Source: Berkelbacteria bacterium GW2011_GWE1_39_12 (GTDB lineage: Bacteria > Patescibacteriota > UBA1384 > UBA12157). From it: a DNA stretch of 64,000 nt. This document shows, piece after piece, positions 27,860-37,699 of this stretch (the first letter of the stretch is position 1; each line of letters begins with the position of its first letter). The DNA lies in the NCBI GenBank assembly GCA_001029735.1, contig CP011213.1, forward strand, positions 268,087-332,086, given 5' to 3'. The translations under genes and the position numbers were made by a program. Below the pieces are notes generated by a model that was not told where the DNA came from, ran no database searches, and worked only from the letters and a program-made list of their open reading frames with translations.

Positions 27860-28516
27860 GTGATTTCGTTGCAGATCACAAAGCAAATTGATCCGCCGGT
27901 TTTGCCTGTCAAACCCACTTTATACAAATCGGATGCACTGGAAATTGTAGTCCGTATTATTGAGGCGGCTTTATTCCTCTTCGGATTGTTTTTGTTTTCG
28001 AGTATTCTCAACCGCCTCCATACGTTCGGAAGAAGCATGGTTATCTTGATGGTGCTAATCGGTATTTTTGCGTTGGATAGGTTCTTCGACTACTTGTTTT
28101 CATTTTTTCCCGACAACCGCGAAAAGTTCAATGTCTATCGCAACAAGAAGAAAAAGATTCTTCAAGATCACCAGCAGGACATCGAAGTCAAGACACAGCA
28201 ATTCCGATCGATCATGCACCCTTTGGTTTGCTGGGAATACTACCCTCATTCTTTTGCACCGCACTACGAGGTGACCTGGTACTTTGGCGGTAACGAACCG
28301 GAAACTAATGAGTTCGGTGGCGTCTACGTCACCCGGGTCAAAGGTAATGGCTCAGTCCAATTCCCCGAGGCATATTTTGACCGTCAAGGCCAACTTAATC
28401 TGGGGAGCAAAATTGTTCTTTATGTGAAGTCAGAAATTGGTGATTTTACCGTTCCTCAGTCCATCATCAACAACATCACTGTTTTTAATGACGACTCAAC
28501 GACAGGAAGAAAGTAA
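27860..28516 (+). CDS. hypothetical membrane protein (2 TM N-terminal)
   Basis: AAGGGGG RBS. GTG at 27860 or TTG at 27869. No family recognised. Confidence 0.5.
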   Translation: MISLQITKQIDPPVLPVKPTLYKSDALEIVVRIIEAALFLFGLFLFSSILNRLHTFGRSMVILMVLIGIFALDRFFDYLFSFFPDNREKFNVYRNKKKKILQDHQQDIEVKTQQFRSIMHPLVCWEYYPHSFAPHYEVTWYFGGNEPETNEFGGVYVTRVKGNGSVQFPEAYFDRQGQLNLGSKIVLYVKSEIGDFTVPQSIINNITVFNDDSTTGRK

Positions 28517-28659
28517 TTTCTTCCTTTTTTAAACTTAAAAATTTAGTACTTAAAAAGGGCTAAATAAATAGCCCTAACGCTCTCCCCAAGATAGATCTGG
28601 GTGTTCAAAATCGATAAATTACTTGTTCATATATGGTTCGACCTCAGTGATCGAAAACT

Positions 28660-28716
28660 TCAAATCCCCCGAGTGACACGTACATCAAAGGCCAAATGAG
28701 CTAATGAATCAGGCAT
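28660..28716 (-). CDS. possible 18-aa peptide (MPDSLAHLAFDVRVTRGI)
   Basis: GGGAGGA RBS 7 nt upstream of ATG. Terminator-like hairpin agggcta..tagccct at 28548-28573 on the same strand. Speculative. Confidence 0.2.
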   Translation of the reverse strand: MPDSLAHLAFDVRVTRGI

Positions 28717-28795
28717 TGTTAAGTTCCTCCCATCTCAACAGAACAACTAAATATACCAAACTTTTATATAAAGGTAAAATAATAAGCCATTACAC

Positions 28796-28824
28796 TTGAC
28801 AAATTATCTCTACGGGTATATAAT
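28796..28824 (+). promoter_or_regulatory. perfect-consensus sigma70 promoter TTGACA-N17-TATAAT
   Basis: Read directly. 40 nt upstream of the ATG at 28865. Confidence 0.6.
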
Positions 28825-28864
28825 ATTGGCGCATTCTACGAACGTGTCTAAAAAGGAGGATATT

Positions 28865-29227
28865 ATGATTGGTTCGTTCGGGAAAAGAATAGAATGCGCG
28901 ATAGAGTGCGACGGCAAAAATTGCATTGTGATGATCAGCCATGACGGGGTTGGCTGTGAAACAGTGCTTGAAGCCTTCCAACGACTTAAAAGGGTGGCAT
29001 CGCCCCAACAAAACGTCGTTTTGATCGTCGACGATGATTGCTGTGCCGGTGAGTGCATCGCCGGATTAGTGGTTAGCATAAGACGATGGCAAGGCGGCAA
29101 TGGCGGCCGCACTATAATCGCCGCCGATTCATCCGCCTTTCGGAGGAATTTCGCTCACTTCGGTTTCAAGAATATCGGAATTCCTGTCTTCAGAGACACT
29201 TGCGAAGCATTCCAATTGCTCGCATAA
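28865..29227 (+). CDS. Cys-rich N-terminus + STAS-like C-terminal domain protein (120 aa)
   Basis: AAAAGGAGGA RBS. CAIECDGKNC..C..., then VVLIVDDDCCAGECIAGLVVSIRRW...GRTIIAADSSAFRRNFAHFGFKNIGIPVFRDTCEAFQLL, which resembles STAS/anti-sigma antagonists. Confidence 0.5.
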   Translation: MIGSFGKRIECAIECDGKNCIVMISHDGVGCETVLEAFQRLKRVASPQQNVVLIVDDDCCAGECIAGLVVSIRRWQGGNGGRTIIAADSSAFRRNFAHFGFKNIGIPVFRDTCEAFQLLA

Positions 29228-29236
29228 TATATTGAC

Positions 29237-29262
29237 AAGCCTACCAACAGGTAGGCTTTTTT
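29237..29262 (+). terminator. aagcctacc-aacag-ggtaggctt + T6
   Basis: Read directly. Confidence 0.6.
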
Positions 29263-29356
29263 AGTTGACAAAAATTTTCAAATCATTTAATAATGGAATA
29301 TAAAACATTTCGATCGCTTTCTGATCGGATATTCCACTGCCGCTCGGAGGTAAGCC

Positions 29357-29599
29357 ATGATAAAGTCAGGTGAAGGCGAAGACGGCGACATTGGCGTCGT
29401 TACTAGTAACGAATGCTCGCTGTATTCGAGTTGTACCTATAGAGACCAGAAGAGACCAACCCCAACCGACAACCAAGCTGGCGAGCAGCTTGCCGAATTT
29501 CACTACCAAAATACCGGAAAAATAGGCTGTCGTCCGGAGACTTGTCCTCATAACCCTGATCGTCATGTTGGCAGCCCTGGAGATTTTGGCCACCCGTAG
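29357..29599 (+). CDS. hypothetical small protein (80 aa, Cys-containing)
   Basis: GGAGG RBS. Followed by strong terminator. Confidence 0.5.
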   Translation: MIKSGEGEDGDIGVVTSNECSLYSSCTYRDQKRPTPTDNQAGEQLAEFHYQNTGKIGCRPETCPHNPDRHVGSPGDFGHP

Positions 29600-29623
29600 T
29601 TCTTTACTTTCTCTCCTATCCCT

Positions 29624-29646
29624 CCCCGCGTTCTGCGGGGTTTTTT
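29624..29646 (+). terminator. ccccgcg-ttc-tgcgggg + T6
   Basis: Read directly. Confidence 0.65.
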
Positions 29647-29657
29647 AAATCAAAGTA

Positions 29658-29686
29658 TTGCTAAAGAAAAAAATATATGGTAGAAT
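29658..29686 (+). promoter_or_regulatory. sigma70-like promoter TTGCTA-N17-TAGAAT for the rpsF-ssb-rpsR operon
   Basis: Read directly. Confidence 0.45.
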
Positions 29687-29772
29687 CGTTCTAGATTGCA
29701 TATTCCCGTTTTTAACAACAACGGTTCCATTGTTTACTTTTAAAGTAAGCAGATAGCAGTCAGAAAGGACAA

Positions 29773-30360
29773 ATGAACAATTACGAAATCACGTTTATCA
29801 CCCGTGAAAATTTGGGTGAAAAACCAGTTAAAGATGTGTTGGATAATTTTTCCGGCCACATCTTGGGAATCTCCTCAATTGGCGAACGACAATTTGCTTA
29901 TCCGATCCAAAAAGAAACTCGCGGTGTTTACACTACGATTCTTTTCGAGTTGGATCCGTCAAAATTTGCTGATCTAAACCGCAAATTGACTTTAACCGAA
30001 GAGATCCTGCGATTTCTTATTACGACCAAAAAGCCATCGGCAATGAAGGCGTTGGAAGAAGTGGCAGCCGAAGTTGAGCAAGCAGAAATTACAGCTCCTA
30101 TCGCAATTGCCGCACCTGCAGAAATTGCCGCACCAGCAGAAATCAAAGAAACTATCATAGAAGAGCCAAAGGTTGAAGTTGAGGTCAAAGAAGAAGTCGT
30201 AAAAGCCGAACCAAAGAAAGTCACGAAAGCCAAAAAAATCGAAGCTCCAGTTGAAAAGAAAGCTTCAAAAGAAGTTAAAGAAATAGAAGAAGAAACCGAA
30301 TCAGAAGAAGATCGCTTAAAAGAATTAGATAAAAAATTAGACGAATTATTAAAGGATTAA
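29773..30360 (+). CDS. rpsF: 30S ribosomal protein S6 with long acidic/Ala-rich C-terminal extension
   Basis: N-terminal ~95 aa match S6 (YEITFI...). Tail has APIAIAAPAEIAAPAEI repeats and a KE-rich end. Confidence 0.88.
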   Translation: MNNYEITFITRENLGEKPVKDVLDNFSGHILGISSIGERQFAYPIQKETRGVYTTILFELDPSKFADLNRKLTLTEEILRFLITTKKPSAMKALEEVAAEVEQAEITAPIAIAAPAEIAAPAEIKETIIEEPKVEVEVKEEVVKAEPKKVTKAKKIEAPVEKKASKEVKEIEEETESEEDRLKELDKKLDELLKD

Positions 30361-30369
30361 AGGAGAAAT

Positions 30370-30867
30370 ATGTTTAGTTTAAATCGTGCTCAAATCGTTG
30401 GCAATTTAACCCGCGACCCCGAGATGCGATCCACTCCAAACGGTCAATCCGTAACCTCCTTTTCCGTCGCCACTAATCGCCGCTGGAAAGACAAAGACGG
30501 CACCACCCAGGATCAAACAGAATTTCATAATGTTGTGGCTTGGGGCAAGCTTGCCGAAATTTCCAGCCAATACTTAAAAAAAGGCAACAAAGTTTATATC
30601 GAAGGCCGCCTTTCAACCAGAAGTTGGGAAGGCCAAGATGGCAGTAAGAAAAACCGCACCGAAATCGTTACTGAAAATATTATTTTCTTAACGCCAAAAG
30701 GCGCTGCCGGCGAAGCTGTTCCTTCTGCTCCAGACATGGAAGAATTTCCGATCGAAGAAAAAGCTGCTGACGCACCTAAAAAAGATAAGAAAGAAGCCAA
30801 GAATCCGCCAGCTGGCGGAAAATCTGACGAGTTAGACGAAATCAACCTAGACGATATTCCATTTTAA
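30370..30867 (+). CDS. ssb: single-stranded DNA-binding protein
   Basis: OB-fold (VGNLTRDPE.R.TPNG..V..FSVAT......W.....EF...V.WGKLAE). Gly/Pro-rich linker and acidic C-terminal DDIPF tip. Confidence 0.9.
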   Translation: MFSLNRAQIVGNLTRDPEMRSTPNGQSVTSFSVATNRRWKDKDGTTQDQTEFHNVVAWGKLAEISSQYLKKGNKVYIEGRLSTRSWEGQDGSKKNRTEIVTENIIFLTPKGAAGEAVPSAPDMEEFPIEEKAADAPKKDKKEAKNPPAGGKSDELDEINLDDIPF

Positions 30868-30965
30868 ATAAGGTAAATTATGGCCAAGCTACCACTTGGC
30901 ACGGAATTTTACAGAAAGTAAAAATAATTGGCAAAAGCCAATTTCTGAAATTTAAGGATTAAATT

Positions 30966-31190
30966 ATGAAAAAAACATTTTCAAACGTAAAAAAACATTG
31001 CTATTTCTGCAAGAAAAAAATTGACGACATCGACTACAAAGATACCAATCTTTTAGGCCGATACATTACCGCATGGGCAAAAATGAAGGCTGGCCATGAT
31101 ACCGGTGTATGTTCCCGCCATCAACGTCGCTTAGCAGAAGCGATCAAACGAGCCCGCTACATGGCTTTAATGCCATACGTCAAAAGATAA
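30966..31190 (+). CDS. rpsR: 30S ribosomal protein S18
   Basis: CYFCKKKI..IDYKD..LL.RYI.....RHQR.LA.AIKRAR..AL.PY. Conserved rpsF-ssb-rpsR order. Confidence 0.9.
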   Translation: MKKTFSNVKKHCYFCKKKIDDIDYKDTNLLGRYITAWAKMKAGHDTGVCSRHQRRLAEAIKRARYMALMPYVKR

Positions 31191-31226
31191 GTTAGTTATA
31201 GGCTTTCAGACTTTAAGGACTGAATT

Positions 31227-31790
31227 ATGCTGACAATTAGCGATCTAAAAATCGGTACAAAGATTATTTTTAATGATGAACCACATCAGGTTATTTTTGC
31301 GCAACATTCTAAACAGGGCCGTGCTGGCGCAGTTTTGCGTAGCAAATTAAAAAATTTGCTTAACGGTGCAACAGTTGACCATACCTTTGCCGGCGCAGAA
31401 AAAATCGAGGAAGCGGAATTACAGCTTAAAAAAGCTCAATATTTATACAAAGCTGAAGAACCACCGGTATACTTTTTTATGGACCCAACCGATTTCGAGC
31501 AATTTTCCTTAACTCAAAAACAGGTTGCCGAAAACGGTAAGTTTCTTAAAGAAGGCGAAGAAGTTGATATTTTGTATTATGACGGCGAAGCAATCAATAT
31601 TCAGCTTCCAATCAAAATTAAAATGAAAATTACATATACAGAACCTGGTTTTAAAGGCAATTCCGCTTCCACGGTTCAAAAACCAGCCACACTCGAAACC
31701 GGCGCTCAAGTTAACGTTCCCCTTTTCATTAAAGAAAACGATGAAGTGATAGTCGACACCCGTGATGGAAGTTATGTCGAAAGAGCTTAA
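31227..31790 (+). CDS. efp: elongation factor P
   Basis: 187 aa, three OB-like domains. Typical EF-P N-terminus (MLTISDLKIGTKI) followed by the KPGKG-region analogue. Confidence 0.88.
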   Translation: MLTISDLKIGTKIIFNDEPHQVIFAQHSKQGRAGAVLRSKLKNLLNGATVDHTFAGAEKIEEAELQLKKAQYLYKAEEPPVYFFMDPTDFEQFSLTQKQVAENGKFLKEGEEVDILYYDGEAINIQLPIKIKMKITYTEPGFKGNSASTVQKPATLETGAQVNVPLFIKENDEVIVDTRDGSYVERA

Positions 31791-31847
31791 ACTTTAGATT
31801 TAGATGTTCTCTAAAAATCGAGTGTCGCCGCGGAAATTTCTAGCGAA

Positions 31848-31892
31848 ATTATCATCGATACTCGTGACGGAAGCTACGTTGAAAGAGCTTAA
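31848..31892 (+). pseudogene. diverged duplicate of the last ~45 nt of efp (encodes ..IIIDTRDGSYVERA*), 57 nt downstream of the real stop
   Basis: attatcatcgatactcgtgacggaagctacgttgaaagagcttaa compared with the efp end gtgatagtcgacacccgtgatggaagttatgtcgaaagagcttaa. Confidence 0.6.
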
Positions 31893-31938
31893 AAAAAAAT
31901 TAGACTAAAAAGGAGCATCCGTAGATACTCCTGTACTA

Positions 31939-32553
31939 TTAAAATCGCCGATTCAAAAATTGTTTCTGCTTAACAGGTGGTTCCTGAGGACCGGCCTCGG
32001 CCATTTGAATAACTGAATTAACCCTCTGGGCGTAATCCCCGCCCAGTCTTTGAAAATCCGAAAGAACTTTCTTCAGATCTGCGACCAGTGCACGGCGGAT
32101 TCTCGGGTTTTCGCTGCCGGCAAAGTAATCCATTTCCTTAATACCTTTTTCAAAAGAGCCCGCCAACATTCGATGATATGCCCGAGAAAAAAGAGACTGT
32201 CTACGCCAATATTTTTCCGCGGCTGTTTGCGGATCAAAATTTATCCGACTTTCCGCTTCTGCCGCGAAAATGGCATGAACACGGTTCCAGCTCCTTGGCT
32301 CAATTTCTTCCATAAGAACCGGACGAACTTGGGGGTTCATGTAAAAAAGATGTTCACCGACTTTTTCAAGTACACCCAGCGAGATAAGTTCCCGCCAAAT
32401 CTCTTCCTGCTCATGTTTTCGAAAGTGGCATTCGCTCGTAAATACGGCGAAAGCTGCTGGGGAAGTGAAAATAATACCGGCTGAAAGTAAAACAGCCGTC
32501 CGCCTAAGCCTGGAGTCTTTTTTCAAGGTATTCATCATTTCGCCAATTTCCAT
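31939..32553 (-). CDS. hypothetical protein (204 aa; N-terminal hydrophobic segment)
   Basis: GGAGG RBS 7 nt before ATG at 32553. No family recognised. Confidence 0.5.
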   Translation of the reverse strand: MEIGEMMNTLKKDSRLRRTAVLLSAGIIFTSPAAFAVFTSECHFRKHEQEEIWRELISLGVLEKVGEHLFYMNPQVRPVLMEEIEPRSWNRVHAIFAAEAESRINFDPQTAAEKYWRRQSLFSRAYHRMLAGSFEKGIKEMDYFAGSENPRIRRALVADLKKVLSDFQRLGGDYAQRVNSVIQMAEAGPQEPPVKQKQFLNRRF

Positions 32554-32688
32554 CAGAAACCTCCAACGATGCGAATTCGTCCAAATCTTAACAAATATTT
32601 TGTCAAAAGTCAACCATAACCCAGCTATTTTAATGTGATATAATAAGATCGATTTAAATGCAAAATTTCACTAAAAATAAATTATCGA

Positions 32689-33195
32689 ATGTTTATCGAA
32701 GCAAAAAAAATTATTGGTTTACCAATCGCTGCCATGGACGCAGAAGCAAAAGTTGGCGAAGTCCGTGACCTTGTTTTTGATCCTAATAATGGCAATTTAT
32801 TAGGATTATTGGTAAAAATGGAAGGCCTCCTTGGGCCAACCTTAGCTCTTTCCTTTATCGATATTTTGGAATGGGATCCGAACGGCATCGTCACCGAAAG
32901 CTTAGAAAATCTCGTTCCGGCTTCAGAAATTGTTAGAATAAACGAAATAATAAAGAATAAAATACGTTTAATCGGCATGTCTGCCAGAACTGAATCTGGG
33001 AAAAGATTAGGTATTGTTCAAGATTTGCTTATCGACACAGAATTAAGTGTAATTGCAAAGTATTACCTAAAAGATTTAATTTCAGGATTAGAAAGAGTCT
33101 TACCAGCTGATAAGGTTGTAAGAATCGAGAAAGAAGTAATTTTTACAGACGATTCGGCTATTATTCCTACAGGAGTCCAAAATGCCACCGCTTAA
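32689..33195 (+). CDS. PRC-barrel-like domain protein (two repeats)
   Basis: Two ~70-aa repeats with the G..V.D.v.D...G...glvv pattern. Confidence 0.45.
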   Translation: MFIEAKKIIGLPIAAMDAEAKVGEVRDLVFDPNNGNLLGLLVKMEGLLGPTLALSFIDILEWDPNGIVTESLENLVPASEIVRINEIIKNKIRLIGMSARTESGKRLGIVQDLLIDTELSVIAKYYLKDLISGLERVLPADKVVRIEKEVIFTDDSAIIPTGVQNATA

Positions 33196-33520
33196 AGCGC
33201 ACTCCAAATTCTCAATCGATGTTATAAATATTGTTGCCCAAATCCCCAAGGGCAAGTTAATGACCTATTCAAAAGTCGCCGAAAAAGCCGGCTCACCTAG
33301 AGCCTATCGCGCTGTCGGCAGTATTTTAAATCGTAATTTTAGGAACCAAGGTAATCAATTACCTGGAATTTCAGGTATTCCAATTCCTTGTCATCGCGTG
33401 GTTCGTGCCGACGGTCATATAGGTGACTATGCTAAAGGGCCTAAAGAAAAAGAAAAATTGCTCGAGATTGAAGGCCATGTCGTGGAAAACGGCAAACTAA
33501 AATTAATGAATTTAGCTTAA
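33182..33520 (+). CDS. methylated-DNA-protein-cysteine methyltransferase family (MGMT/Ogt C-terminal domain only)
   Basis: YSKVAEKAG.P.A.RAVG....N.......PCHRVV motif with the active-site PCHR. Confidence 0.8.
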   Translation: MPPLKAHSKFSIDVINIVAQIPKGKLMTYSKVAEKAGSPRAYRAVGSILNRNFRNQGNQLPGISGIPIPCHRVVRADGHIGDYAKGPKEKEKLLEIEGHVVENGKLKLMNLA

Positions 33521-33607
33521 TTTATACCGAGTCAACGCTCTAGAATAATTGACTTTAAAGCCGGCTGTGTTAGGCTCTATTTGGAAACTGACAAGGAGGT
33601 GCACCTT

Positions 33608-34072
33608 ATGAATTACAATGACTGGCATTCATATCGGGTGTTTTTTATGCCGGCTAAAAATCAGTCTGGATTTGATATTTATCTGAAACATCTAAAAACC
33701 CTCGACACTACACTTGTAACAAGTAAAAGCATAATTCGTGATATCATCTGTTGGCACAAGAAGACCCAAGGCATGCATACGACTATCCTTGATACACGTG
33801 ATTCTGTTTTAATCAAAGTGGAGTGCAGTCATCAAGAAATCGAAGTGATTTTTGCCAAGACCTATGTTCCAGTAAAAACTGCTTCTTTCATCTCGATTTA
33901 TGATCCGCCCGAGACCCTGAATTTTGAGGATTTTCTCAGGAGCCGTACGGCTATCCTTGCCTCAATGTTCAATGACGCAGAAACTTTTTGTCAAGCGCTA
34001 CGGACCAAAGATTATTATCTGAAAGAAATTAGAAATGCCGGCTATCAAGTTGTCAGCATCAAACTTTCATGA
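33608..34072 (+). CDS. hypothetical protein (155 aa)
   Basis: AAGGAGG RBS. No family recognised. Confidence 0.5.
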   Translation: MNYNDWHSYRVFFMPAKNQSGFDIYLKHLKTLDTTLVTSKSIIRDIICWHKKTQGMHTTILDTRDSVLIKVECSHQEIEVIFAKTYVPVKTASFISIYDPPETLNFEDFLRSRTAILASMFNDAETFCQALRTKDYYLKEIRNAGYQVVSIKLS

Positions 34073-34098
34073 CCCGCTGTTATTATTAGCGGGTTTTT
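34072..34098 (+). terminator. acccgct-gttattatt-agcgggt + T5
   Basis: Read directly. Confidence 0.6.
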
Positions 34099-34100
34099 AC

Positions 34101-34129
34101 TTGACTAAAACCATTTCTTACCATATAAT
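34101..34129 (+). promoter_or_regulatory. sigma70 promoter TTGACT-N17-TATAAT
   Basis: Read directly. 35 nt upstream of the ATG at 34164. Confidence 0.55.
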
Positions 34130-34163
34130 CGCACTAACGCACCTTGTACAACGGAGGACCATA

Positions 34164-34736
34164 ATGTCGCAGTTCTCACCTAGAATCGATGTTCCAGTTA
34201 TTGGACTTAACCTTCGCTCTCCTGGGCAAGGAGATTCAACCATTTTTGCTATTCATATTGGAAATATAATCATCTCGAATGGAATCAGCGGACTTGGAGT
34301 TAAAGAGTCGCTTGATCGTATAGCTCATGCCGGCGAACTCAGTTGCGGAGGCAGGCTATACATTGTCCGAAATGAAAATGGGACAGTTGATCTAGTGTGT
34401 CAGAGATGTGCTACCAGAGTTTTGCTGGGCATGACGCCTAAAGTTGCGTATGGCCACTGGGTTAGGCTTTCGGCCATCATGAGTTATGTTACATTTGGTC
34501 CAGACAATATATCTCATCCGGCTATGAAAGCTTCTCGCATTATCAAATGCTCAGATTCGCTGAGTAAATCACTAGGAGCCAGCCATGTGATTTACTTCTC
34601 ATCTGCCGATAAGCCTGGTTTTGCCATCGCAAAAATTATTGGCAAGAAATTACCACAAGATGTCTGCAACCGACATTTTCCCGGTGTTAATGTGAACCCT
34701 GAACCACAAATCGCGCTAATCGAACAATCAATCTAA
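34164..34736 (+). CDS. hypothetical protein (190 aa, several Cys)
   Basis: ACGGAGGA RBS. GC-richer than surroundings. Confidence 0.5.
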   Translation: MSQFSPRIDVPVIGLNLRSPGQGDSTIFAIHIGNIIISNGISGLGVKESLDRIAHAGELSCGGRLYIVRNENGTVDLVCQRCATRVLLGMTPKVAYGHWVRLSAIMSYVTFGPDNISHPAMKASRIIKCSDSLSKSLGASHVIYFSSADKPGFAIAKIIGKKLPQDVCNRHFPGVNVNPEPQIALIEQSI

Positions 34737-34756
34737 CCCGCTCCGGCGGGTTTTTT
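34736..34756 (+). terminator. acccgctccggcgggt + T6
   Basis: Read directly. Confidence 0.6.
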
Positions 34757-34761
34757 CATAC

Positions 34762-34808
34762 AAAAAAACGGCCCGCCAGGTTAAGCATGGCATTTAGGCC
34801 GTTTTTTT
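34762..34808 (-). terminator. A7-cggcc...ggccg-T7 structure 3' of groEL (bidirectional)
   Basis: Read directly. Loop is long, so confidence is lower. Confidence 0.35.
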
Positions 34809-34825
34809 CACTTATCTTTTATAGA

Positions 34826-36481
<1,656 letters not shown>

Positions 36482-36552
36482 TTAAAAGTTTTTAAGTCTA
36501 TCAAGTCTGTAAAGTTTTACCTTAAGGACTACACGGACTTTTTAGTTAGACG

Positions 36553-36837
36553 TTATCCTATAACGCCGAGTATATCTTTTTCTGACAAAATTATTACCGT
36601 TTCGCCGTCAAGCTTAAATTCGTCACCAGCGTATTCTTTGTACAAAACTTTGTCGCCAGCTTTAACATTCATTTCCATCAACTTGCCGTCTTCGATTCTA
36701 CCTGGACCGACAGATAAAACTTCACCTTGGTGAGATTTCTCTTTGGCGGTGTCTGGAATAAACAATCCAGACTTTGTTTTCGATAGTTCTTCAATTGGCT
36801 TTAACACCACTCTGTCTGCAAGCGGTTTGAGTTTCAC
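36553..36837 (-). CDS. groS: co-chaperonin GroES (Cpn10)
   Basis: KLKPLADRVVLKPIEE..KT.SGL.IPD.AKEK...GEVL.VGPG. GTG start. Confidence 0.9.
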   Translation of the reverse strand: MKLKPLADRVVLKPIEELSKTKSGLFIPDTAKEKSHQGEVLSVGPGRIEDGKLMEMNVKAGDKVLYKEYAGDEFKLDGETVIILSEKDILGVIG

Positions 36838-36902
36838 TTTGTGTCCTTTCTTTTAATTTATTTATTTTAGTTCAAAAAAACTCCATCCTTGAAGTTTTTT
36901 AT

Positions 36903-36952
36903 AAGTGCTGGGAAGAAAAGCCAAGGGGGATAGACTTCCCTCCCAGCACCTT
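36903..36952. promoter_or_regulatory. inverted repeat aagtgctgggaag-N19-cttccc(tc)ccagcac upstream of groES / 3' of the 36997 gene; not a canonical CIRCE
   Basis: Read directly. Core 9-bp arms gtgctggga / tcccagcac. Confidence 0.4.
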
Positions 36953-36996
36953 ATATTCTATCCTATCAGGGTATTTTGTCAAGGTTTTTGCGGTTA

Positions 36997-37626
36997 TTAT
37001 TCTTTTATTGGGTGAAAACAGAGTTCCTTGTCTGAAACTCTGATTCGTCCTTTGGGCGATTCCAATGTTCTTTTGTCGGTTAAGATTCTTTTCTTCTGAA
37101 TTTTCCCCAATATCTTCTCTAAATTATCTCCAAAACTTCCAGATAATATTTTTTCTCCTAAGGCTCGAATAGATGGCATGATCCTACTTTCAGATACAAG
37201 TGATCTATTTTCAACAACCGGAAAATTTTCTTTTTTCATCCAATCATTCTTTTTCAAATATTTACTATATGTATTATCAATATCGGTTAACGGGATTAGC
37301 TGGGAAAAAACTCTGGCGTGATATTCGTTGTGGGGTTTAACGTCTAAATAATCCGTTGTCTGGTATCTGTTCAAGCAAATCATTCCCGCCACTTTCTCCC
37401 CTTGCCTTCTATATCCTGAAAGCTCGGTAATTAAAGTCACAAAAAAACGACAAATCCAAATGCGATGTTTTTGCGCAATAATTAAAAAGTCGATGTCGGA
37501 AGTTACCTTGGCTTCACCTCTTGAGAGTGATCCATTTAGACCAACCATCCGAACAAAAGGCGCCAGCTGTAACCAATAGGCCACCACTTTCGCGCGTCTT
37601 AAATATTCTTTTTCAAATACTTTCAT
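36997..37626 (-). CDS. nucleotidyltransferase-fold protein (Pol-beta-like NTase)
   Basis: GLNGSLSRGEAKVTSDIDFLII = GS-x(9-13)-DxD minimal NTase motif. Confidence 0.65.
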   Translation of the reverse strand: MKVFEKEYLRRAKVVAYWLQLAPFVRMVGLNGSLSRGEAKVTSDIDFLIIAQKHRIWICRFFVTLITELSGYRRQGEKVAGMICLNRYQTTDYLDVKPHNEYHARVFSQLIPLTDIDNTYSKYLKKNDWMKKENFPVVENRSLVSESRIMPSIRALGEKILSGSFGDNLEKILGKIQKKRILTDKRTLESPKGRIRVSDKELCFHPIKE

Positions 37627-37699
37627 ATCTATCTTGTATCATATTATTGGAATTGATAGAATAGGATTGAGCTTGTCAATTTAAACCTAGGAGTTTGCG

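Noticed and set aside
36838-36996. Canonical CIRCE (TTAGCACTC-N9-GAGTGCTAA) upstream of groES
   Set aside because: Not present. Only a different GTGCT..AGCAC inverted repeat is found, reported separately.
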